DNA of 32,000 nucleotides from Ostreococcus tauri. Its lineage: Eukaryota. The translations under genes and the position numbers were made by a program. Below are positions 17,621 through 23,908 of the stretch, piece after piece. The stretch lies in the NCBI GenBank assembly GCA_000214015.2, contig CAID01000011.2:253719-285718 (forward strand). The letters run 5' to 3'. Below the pieces are notes generated by a model that saw only the letters and a program-made list of their open reading frames with translations, was not told the DNA's origin and did no database searches. The number at the start of each line of letters is the position of its first letter. Within the stretch, counting starts at the first letter, position 1.

Positions 17621-19042
17621 CTACTTCGGTCCGTCGGGTTCGCCGAGATCGGTAAATTTTGGAGCCGTCGCCGAGTTGGATCGCTCGCCCTCCTTTGGGA
17701 CGTCCATGACGTCGTCGAAGATTTCGAGCGCGTTCAAGAACGCCTGGTCCATGTTGAAGTACTTGTACGACGCGAGACGGCCGACGAAGACGACGCCCGG
17801 TTCTTTCGATGCCATCTCGCGGTACTTTTCGTACAATTCGCGATTCGCCGGGTTGGGCACGGGGTAATACGGCTCACCGTGATCGCACGAGTACTCTCTG
17901 AAGATGACGGTCCCTCTGTGCTCGCGCGCCGCGCGCGGCTGGTTCGGCTTATGCTTGTACTCGACGATTCGCGTGTGCTCGACCTCGGGACCGGGATAGT
18001 TGAGCTGTAAACACGGCTGGTAAAAGAACGGTTCGTCGTTCTTCGTGTCCTCATCTCCGGCGCCCTCGTGGTACTCCTCGAAGAAGCGCAGAGACCTGTA
18101 CTCGAGTTTCGGTAACCCCTGGGACGCGTAATACGCGTCGATGGGTCCCGTGAAGACGACGAATTTCCGAGCCATCTTTTGTAACACATCCTTGTTCTCG
18201 AAGAAATCGACGTTTAAGCGCACGAGGATGTTTGGATCGCCCATGATCATGTTCTCGAAGATTCTCGTGTAGCCGTCGCGAGGTAACGCTTGGTGTTCGT
18301 CGCTAAAGTACCGATCGTCCGTGTTCTCTCGCACTGGAATCCGCGCCAAGACGCTCGCGTCCAATTCCTCCGGATACTTATCCCACTGTTTCTTCGTGTA
18401 ATACTTAAAAATCGCCTCGTAGAGCTCGGGACCGGCTCTGGTCAACGCGCTCTCCTCGCCGTTTTTCGGTTCGTCATTCTTCGTTCGCCTGGCGTCGAGC
18501 CACGCGCGCGCGTCTTCGTCCGAGGTCAGATTCGCCTCGGGATACAACGCGTTGATCGTATCCCTATTCGGCGGCACGGGAACGACCCTATATCTCTTCC
18601 CACCGTGTTCGTACTCCCCATCTTCCCGCTCGATCGCCGCCTTGACCCGGTGTTCGTACGCCATCCACGCGCTGAAGCGATTGACGTACTCCCACACCCG
18701 CGCGTGTTTCGTGTGAAACAGATGCACGCCGTACTGCGACACCCTGAACCCCTTGGCGTTGATAAAATCATAACAATTCCCACCGATGTGATCCCGTTTA
18801 TCCACCACGAGCGATCGCAGACCCAGTTCCCTGGACGCGCGCTCGGCGAACACGCATCCACTGATGCCGGCACCGACGATGACGAGATCCACGTCCTCGC
18901 ACCGCGCGTCGAGTCCGGCGAACCACGAGGGGTCGTGATCGTTCCCTCGGCGGCACGACACGTCCACGCCCGCCCACTCGTCGCCGTCGAGCGCGCGCGG
19001 CATCGTCGTCGCGTCGCGCGGTCGCGATCGTTCATCGTCCAT
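17621..19042 (-). CDS. UGM: UDP-galactopyranose mutase, bacterial Glf-like
   Basis: The FAD motif is DLVIVGAGISG. Matching segments are HIGGNCYD, YGVHLFHT, FTGPIDAYY, LEYRSLRF, RIVEYKH, EPYYPV and VFVGRLASYKYFNMDQ, collinear with E. coli Glf as recalled. The track start at 19549 overlaps the TLDc gene on the other strand. Internal ATGs at 19042 (MDDERS) or 19003 are more plausible starts. Confidence 0.85.
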   Translation of the reverse strand: MDDERSRPRDATTMPRALDGDEWAGVDVSCRRGNDHDPSWFAGLDARCEDVDLVIVGAGISGCVFAERASRELGLRSLVVDKRDHIGGNCYDFINAKGFRVSQYGVHLFHTKHARVWEYVNRFSAWMAYEHRVKAAIEREDGEYEHGGKRYRVVPVPPNRDTINALYPEANLTSDEDARAWLDARRTKNDEPKNGEESALTRAGPELYEAIFKYYTKKQWDKYPEELDASVLARIPVRENTDDRYFSDEHQALPRDGYTRIFENMIMGDPNILVRLNVDFFENKDVLQKMARKFVVFTGPIDAYYASQGLPKLEYRSLRFFEEYHEGAGDEDTKNDEPFFYQPCLQLNYPGPEVEHTRIVEYKHKPNQPRAAREHRGTVIFREYSCDHGEPYYPVPNPANRELYEKYREMASKEPGVVFVGRLASYKYFNMDQAFLNALEIFDDVMDVPKEGERSNSATAPKFTDLGEPDGPK

Positions 19043-19063
19043 CGTCCATTCGCCATCGATGAT

Positions 19064-19128
19064 CGATCGCGCCGCCTTTCGATCGCACCGATCGCGCCTT
19101 TCGATCGCCCCGATCGCGCCTTTCGATG
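19064..19128. repeat. Three tandem 22-25-bp units (CGATCGCGCC[GCC]TTTCGATCGC) in a bidirectional promoter
   Basis: Read directly from the sequence. The units span 19064-19088, 19089-19110 and 19111-19128, the last being truncated. They lie in the ~180-bp spacer between the UGM start (19042, -) and the TLDc start (19224, +). Confidence 0.8.
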
Positions 19129-19223
19129 ACGCGCCCGAAGCGTCGCGGTCGCCAGACCGCGACCGCGCGCGCCGACGCCGACGCCGCGCGCGCGCGGTCG
19201 CGGCGACGCGCGCGGTGACGAGG

Positions 19224-20060
19224 ATGGGGGCGTCGACGTCGAGAGACGCGACGGACGCTCGACGGGACGGCGACGAGGACGAGGACGAGGCCACGGCGAC
19301 GGACGCCCCGGGACGGGCCGACGTGCGATTGATCGCGGACGAGGGTGATTCGCCGTCGGCGGTGACGTCGTCGTCGTCGCGGCCGTCGAGACTGACGCTT
19401 GATTTGGCGCGCGTCGTGCGCGAGGCGCTGTCGACGTCGAGCGCGCGCGGCGAGCGCGCGTGGACGCGTTTGTTTGATTCCGACGCGCACGGAATGAGCT
19501 TTCGCGGTGGAATCATCGAGCGATGCGCAGAACGAGGACGTTTGCTCATCGTCGTGCAGCCGCGATGGGGGGAGGGCGAGGGCGGAGATGGGGACGAGGT
19601 TTTCGTCGCGCACGCGTCGCCGGGATTGTCAAAGATGCCGCGGGACGATTTTTACGGCGACGTCTCGACGCGCACGTGGCGGTATCGCCCGGGCGGCGCG
19701 CTCGAAGAAACGTCGGGGTCGAGCGAACGCCCGATTTATTGCGCGCACGGGTTCCACCCACACGCAAACATCCCGTGCGGACTTGGATTTTTCGGCCGCG
19801 TCGGACGACACACCGTGTGGTTGGACGAGCGACTCGAGAGCGCGCACGTGGAGTACGGCGCCAGGCGATTCGCGATCGAGCGCGTGGAGATTTGGGGAGT
19901 CGATCGAGACGAGGTGCTGAAGAAGCGTACTGAAATGGACGAGAAATCGAGATTGAGAGTCGACGAGAAACGCGGTATCGACGAGAAACGCGCCGACGCG
20001 CGGTTCATGACCCAGTTCACCTCGGCAGCCGCGCGCGCGACGGATTTGGGGAGTCGATGA
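19224..20060 (+). CDS. TLDc-domain protein (Oxr1/NCOA7-like fold), probable N-myristoylated
   Basis: The TLDc pattern reads WTRLFDSDAHGMSFRGGIIERCAERGRLLIVVQ...EVFVAHASPG...FYGDVSTRTW...LGFFGRVGRHTVWLDERLESAHV...FAIERVEIWGV. The start was chosen at MGASTS (G2, S6), which avoids overlap with UGM. The track start is 19059. Confidence 0.75.
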   Translation: MGASTSRDATDARRDGDEDEDEATATDAPGRADVRLIADEGDSPSAVTSSSSRPSRLTLDLARVVREALSTSSARGERAWTRLFDSDAHGMSFRGGIIERCAERGRLLIVVQPRWGEGEGGDGDEVFVAHASPGLSKMPRDDFYGDVSTRTWRYRPGGALEETSGSSERPIYCAHGFHPHANIPCGLGFFGRVGRHTVWLDERLESAHVEYGARRFAIERVEIWGVDRDEVLKKRTEMDEKSRLRVDEKRGIDEKRADARFMTQFTSAAARATDLGSR

Positions 20061-20070
20061 GAGACGTGCT

Positions 20071-20075
20071 TGTAA
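20071..20075 (+). promoter_or_regulatory. TGTAA putative poly(A) signal
   Basis: TGTAA lies 10 nt after the TLDc stop. Confidence 0.4.
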
Positions 20076-20113
20076 TTCTATCCCGTCCGCGCCCCGCGGT
20101 CGTACCCGCCTCA

Positions 20114-20180
20114 CCCTAAACCCTAAACTTCGAACCCAATTCCCCTAGAATTAGGGTCTAGAACACAAAATACCCTAAAA
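20114..20180. repeat. Interstitial cluster of TTTAGGG-type telomere-like motifs
   Basis: CCCTAAACCCTAAA lies at 20114-20127, CCCTAG at 20143-20148, inverted TTAGGG at 20151-20156 and CCCTAAAA at 20173-20180. Confidence 0.85.
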
Positions 20181-20251
20181 GTCGAGGAACGCCACCGGCG
20201 AGCGGCACACCCCGCCGCGATGCGTCCGGTGGCGACGCGTCGCGGCGGGGG

Positions 20252-20309
20252 GCGACGCGATGCGGACGCGAAAAAAAAAAAAAAAAAAACGCGACGCGAT
20301 GCGGACGCG
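20252..20309. repeat. A19 homopolymer flanked by a perfect 19-bp direct repeat (GCGACGCGATGCGGACGCG)
   Basis: DR1 is 20252-20270, A19 is 20271-20289, a single C is at 20290, and DR2 is 20291-20309. All were read directly from the sequence. Confidence 0.9.
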
Positions 20310-20706
20310 CGCGACGCGACGCCTGCGACGACGACGACGCGTCGTCGCGTCGGCACTCGGCGCGCGCGCGATTTCGAATTGGAATCGCGCGCGACGGCGG
20401 CGCGCGAATTCGACTCGAACGCGAACGTTCCGTGCGCGCGCGCGCGACGACATCGACGAGGGAATAAAGGTACGTCTCGTTCGCGGACGATGCGCGGCGC
20501 GACGCGGAGTCGCGGCGCGGAGAGGGGGCGATCGGTCGAGATCGCATCGCGCGCGCGCTGTTCCCCGGTGGCGCGTGCATCGCGCCGCCGGGGAGCGCGC
20601 GAGCGCGCGATGACGACGGGCGCGCGCGCAAGGATGCGTCGATTTGTTTCACGTCGCGGTGCGCGCGCGCGGGCGACGGCGTCGACGACGGTGACGCGTT
20701 CGTTCG

Positions 20707-22476
20707 ATGCGCGCCGATGGCGGATTAATAACTAACTGTCCGCCGTGGACGCGCAGGACTGGAGCAATGCCGCGGGGATACCGCGGTGGATACGGCTACG
20801 CATTCGCGGGGTTGGGGAAGCGAAACCGTGAGGCATTCGTGGAAGCGTCATCTGCTGCTAACGCACGTGTTGGTTGGCCAGTCGGGGGTCGCGGTGGCGC
20901 GGATGCCAAAGCTAAAGCCAAAGCCGAGGCGGACGCCGAGTCGGATGCGGCGAACGCGCGCGTCGCGTTCGCGGCGGGGGCGACACGCGTCGCTCTCGGC
21001 GACGTCACGAACGCCGCGAGGCGAGACGAGGCGGCGCCGAAGGCGGCGAGCGGAGTCGGATTGGAGGCGCCGGTGGAGAACGACGCGCCCAAAGATACCG
21101 CTGGTGGTGTCGCGACGGCGACGACGCTCGCGTTGAAATACGTCACACGCGCCGCCGGGGACGGACTCGGAGGAGCACCGGTCGTCAGCTTGGAGGTGTT
21201 TAATGCCGAATTGTGCGCCAAGACCATGAACAATGAGACGGTGCGCGGCGTGGATTTCAAGAGCATCATCTCAGACATTTACTCGCGCGTCTCACCGAGC
21301 GCGTGCGCGCGGGACAGGTTCGCGCGTTGGCTCGCGAGAGGAGCGCCATTGTTCGCGGCGACGGGGCTGCCGAAGGTCGACATGATGGATGATGAAGCGT
21401 GTCGCCAACGTGCATTTCGACGTACCACCAGTTCAACAAACGCACAGTGGTCCTCCCCGCTCAACGCGGCGGAGTCAACGTATGCGTGTCAAAATCTTAA
21501 CGCGGTTCGCGTCGCGGCGATGGCGCTGAAAGCGAGCGAATTCGAGTTGCGTCAGGCTTTGGAAAAGGTCGAGACGGCCACGGGATCGATGGCGCGATAT
21601 CTGAACGTACGCGGGTGCTATCACTACAGAATTCGCACCGACGACGGACTCGTGTTCGCGTACGTCGGGGAAAGTGTCGATGTAGAGCGACGAATCAACG
21701 AGCACTTGACGGCGCTGCTCGGCGACGGGCGCGCGAACAATATTCAGCGAGGACACGCACTCGTTCGACGAGCCCAAAAGGGCGACGACGACCATGCTGA
21801 TGCTGATTTTCAATGCAGTGTGTGGGTCATTCACGGACACGACGAAGCGAGCGCGGTCGAGTTGGCGAAGACGTACGTGAAAACGTGCGCGTCGACGCCG
21901 TCGATTTTGGAAGTCGCGCGCGCGATTGCGAGCGCCGGATTCTTCGTCGAAGCGGTATTCACCGCGCACTACGGGACCTTGCACGAGCACACCGCGGACG
22001 GCGTCGTCGGAATGAACTTTTCTCAGCCCGGTGTGTGCCATCCCAGAGGGGTCACCCGCGAGTATACGTGGAACGAGATCAGAGAGACATTCGGAAAGAA
22101 GACGCGATGTACGAAGACTTTGCCGGCGTTCACGTGCGGACGGTGCGACAGAGATTTTCCGCACGGAAAGTCGCGAAGTCACTCCCACGGAGACGGCCAT
22201 GGACGCGTGTGCAACGCTTGCTACAAAATCGCTTTGTATGCAAAGAAGCCGCAGTTTCAGTGCCTTGAGTGCGACAGAGAGATGCAAGGGAAACGAAGTT
22301 ACCGCGGAGACGGCGATGGACGCGTGTGCGCAAGATGCTACCAAATCACTTTACTCGCAAAGCAACCACCGTTCACGTGCGCGCTATGCTCGCATGCGGT
22401 TTCTCGAGGGAAGCGGAGTTACCGCGACAGAGTCAGCGGTGGACGCGTGTGCGACACTTGCTACAGGAAACGATAA
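20707..22476 (+). CDS. Orphan protein: GIY-YIG nuclease-like core plus three tandem Cys4 zinc-ribbon repeats
   Basis: 589-aa ORF, with an alternative start at 20767 (MPRGYRGG). The GIY-YIG-like block spans ~21613-21966: GCYHYRIRTDDGLVFAYVGESVDVERRINEH, i.e. Y-x-Y, 11 aa, YVG, then R and H, with a later acidic FFVEAVF. The C-terminus (22129-22464) has three CxxC-x18-21-CxxC modules sharing F[TQ]C..C...GK.RS...G.GRVC..CY. Confidence 0.7.
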   Translation: MRADGGLITNCPPWTRRTGAMPRGYRGGYGYAFAGLGKRNREAFVEASSAANARVGWPVGGRGGADAKAKAKAEADAESDAANARVAFAAGATRVALGDVTNAARRDEAAPKAASGVGLEAPVENDAPKDTAGGVATATTLALKYVTRAAGDGLGGAPVVSLEVFNAELCAKTMNNETVRGVDFKSIISDIYSRVSPSACARDRFARWLARGAPLFAATGLPKVDMMDDEACRQRAFRRTTSSTNAQWSSPLNAAESTYACQNLNAVRVAAMALKASEFELRQALEKVETATGSMARYLNVRGCYHYRIRTDDGLVFAYVGESVDVERRINEHLTALLGDGRANNIQRGHALVRRAQKGDDDHADADFQCSVWVIHGHDEASAVELAKTYVKTCASTPSILEVARAIASAGFFVEAVFTAHYGTLHEHTADGVVGMNFSQPGVCHPRGVTREYTWNEIRETFGKKTRCTKTLPAFTCGRCDRDFPHGKSRSHSHGDGHGRVCNACYKIALYAKKPQFQCLECDREMQGKRSYRGDGDGRVCARCYQITLLAKQPPFTCALCSHAVSRGKRSYRDRVSGGRVCDTCYRKR

Positions 22477-22480
22477 CTTT

Positions 22481-22485
22481 TGTAA
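22481..22485 (+). promoter_or_regulatory. TGTAA putative poly(A) signal
   Basis: TGTAA lies 4 nt after the stop of the GIY-YIG ORF. Its last base is the A of the next ORF's ATG (22485). Confidence 0.3.
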
Positions 22486-23021
22486 TGGGTTTTTTATCGG
22501 TGAAGAACTGTGTTCAAAAGAGTATCGACAAGGTGCGACTCGATGCTGAGCACGACGTCCAACGCGTCATCGCGACACGTGACAACTACGACGTGTACCA
22601 GGTCATCGAGGCGGCGGACGCGCGCATGTCCACACCAGGCTTGAGAACAAACCACGTGAACGCACTTGAACGAACGTGCACCTGCCACGGGCGAGCGATA
22701 CATGGATATGCATGCATGCATGAATACGCCGTGTACCTCCACGTTCGAGATGACGATGAACTTTCGCACCACTTGGGCATGACCGACTTCCTCGCGTGGG
22801 CCGCTCAACCATGCATGCACGCGGAGACGTTCATAGAAGCCGTTAATAACGCGTTCGTGTATCTTCCGCCAGCAACAGAAGGTACACTGGATGAAACGAG
22901 GCGACCCCCGGGTCCGGGTCAAAGCGCAACCCGGCGTGCGCGCGCGCGGCCGCGTCGGCGCATCTCCAGCCTTGGACCCGGAGGAGCGCGCACGATCACC
23001 ACTCGCTCTCAGCGCCACTAA
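22485..23021 (+). CDS. SWIM zinc-finger ORF resembling the C-terminal tail of MULE/FAR1-type transposases (relic or domesticated fragment)
   Basis: 178 aa counted from the internal ATG of track ORF 22269-23021. The SWIM signature CxC-x9-CxH (ERTCTCHGRAIHGYACMHEYA) lies at 22677-22721. It is preceded by YDVYQV...HVNAL and followed by FVYLPPATEGTLDETRRPPGPGQSATRRARARPRRR, the layout of MuDR-family C-termini as recalled. No DDE/MULE core is present in any frame nearby. A TGTAA lies at 23047-23051. Confidence 0.55.
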   Translation: MGFLSVKNCVQKSIDKVRLDAEHDVQRVIATRDNYDVYQVIEAADARMSTPGLRTNHVNALERTCTCHGRAIHGYACMHEYAVYLHVRDDDELSHHLGMTDFLAWAAQPCMHAETFIEAVNNAFVYLPPATEGTLDETRRPPGPGQSATRRARARPRRRISSLGPGGARTITTRSQRH

Positions 23022-23046
23022 CAGACACCGCCGACGACACGCGACA

Positions 23047-23051
23047 TGTAA
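23047..23051 (+). promoter_or_regulatory. TGTAA putative poly(A) signal
   Basis: TGTAA lies 25 nt after the stop of the SWIM ORF. Confidence 0.35.
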
Positions 23052-23412
23052 CACCACCGAGCATCACGTCCTGTGCGTCTTCACGTCGTTTCTCGCGCGC
23101 GTCGACGCGTTCTGGCGATCTGTACGCGTGGGAGCTCTACAAGTGCGAGCACATCCAAGAAAGTCCACACATCCCCTGAAATCATCCAAAAATTCCATCG
23201 ATGATCCGCGCGCGATGGTGCCATGTTCCTGTGCGGTACCATGTATAATCATCACGACGTAGGTACAGTCATTCCCTAGCGAACAGTATTCATGTGCTCC
23301 CCTTTCAGACGTCATTGCGGTGAGTACACGGTACTTCGAATACTATGCGATGCAAAGCGGTGGTCCCAATATCAGCACCTGGTTGGTCTTCCCAAATTTT
23401 CTTGATGGGCTT

Positions 23413-23419
23413 AAAAAAA
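23413..23419 (-). terminator. Pol III terminator T-run (T7 on minus strand) for tRNA-Glu
   Basis: A7 on the + strand sits about 20 nt downstream of the tRNA 3' end. Confidence 0.65.
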
Positions 23420-23439
23420 TGAATCTATTGATTCCGATC

Positions 23440-23512
23440 TTTCCTCGCCGGGACTCGAACCCGAGTCTCTAGGGTGAAAGCCTAGCGTGATAACCATCTA
23501 CACTACGAAGAA
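23440..23512 (-). tRNA. tRNA-Glu (anticodon UUC)
   Basis: The reverse complement is ttcttcg ta gtgt agatggtta tcac g ctagg ctTTCac cctag agac tcggg ttcgagt cccgg cgaggaa a. The acceptor has 7 bp with one G-U. The anticodon stem is ctagg/cctag. The T arm is canonical. The layout matches eukaryotic tRNA-Glu-UUC. Confidence 0.88.
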
Positions 23513-23908
23513 CCGCCCGAGTGGATGACTCGCGGCGATTCAGTTCTTCGTTTTTCAGCAATCTCCGATCGCACGATGTATTCCGTGCGCTAGTAGAGAG
23601 GACCCGACGGGGTGATCCGTCGGGGTGTTTGATCGAGGACATGCCTCGATAGTACGACATCGACGGAATCGTGTGCGGGCGAATTCGAGCATGAAGTATA
23701 CGATTCACTTACGGGTGTGAGATACACACGATGAGGGTATGTTTTTGGGTTCATGAATCGATGAGATACGTTGATTAATATATACGCGACGCCACCACCT
23801 GTTGTGGTGTTGGGCACATCGAGGGCGCACACGACGACGCGTCGGAGGGACACCGCGCCGTGTCCTCGGTCGCCGAAAGTCGGTCGATCGCCGAAAGTCG
23901 TATGCGCC

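Noticed and set aside
18290-19129. 279-aa + strand ORF antisense to UGM
   Set aside because: It lies opposite a strongly supported CDS and has no motifs.
19043-19549. N-terminal 169 aa of the track ORF for UGM
   Set aside because: It overlaps the TLDc gene on the opposite strand and is low complexity. The bacterial Glf alignment starts just after Met170/Met183.
20114-20127. A true chromosome end (telomere)
   Set aside because: There are only two perfect units. They are flanked on both sides by unique sequence and genes inside a contiguous window.
20363-20393. Palindrome CGCGCGCGATT-n9-AATCGCGCGCG
   Set aside because: The structure is real, but its arms are mostly (CG)n, which self-pairs trivially in this composition. 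It is noted only as part of the island description.
21475-22344. 289-aa antisense ORF over the GIY-YIG/zinc-ribbon gene, and + strand ORF 22031-22549
   Set aside because: These frames are open because the zinc-ribbon DNA repeats lack stops in several frames. The sense frame alone yields regularly spaced CxxC pairs.
22465-22485. Programmed -1 ribosomal frameshift joining the GIY-YIG/zinc-ribbon ORF to the SWIM ORF
   Set aside because: There is no X XXY YYZ slippery heptamer before the stop (sequence ctacaggaaacgataa), and a TGTAA follows the stop immediately. An indel or two separate units is more parsimonious, but transcript data are needed to settle it.
23022-23908. Hidden snRNA/5S/snoRNA gene in the AT-richer spacer around tRNA-Glu
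   Set aside because: I compared it by eye with remembered U2, U6 and 5S sequences and with C/D box patterns on both strands. Only an isolated GTGATGA (minus strand, ~23250) without a D box and a short hairpin (cccgacgg-n6-ccgtcggg at ~23594-23615) were found. This is insufficient for a call.
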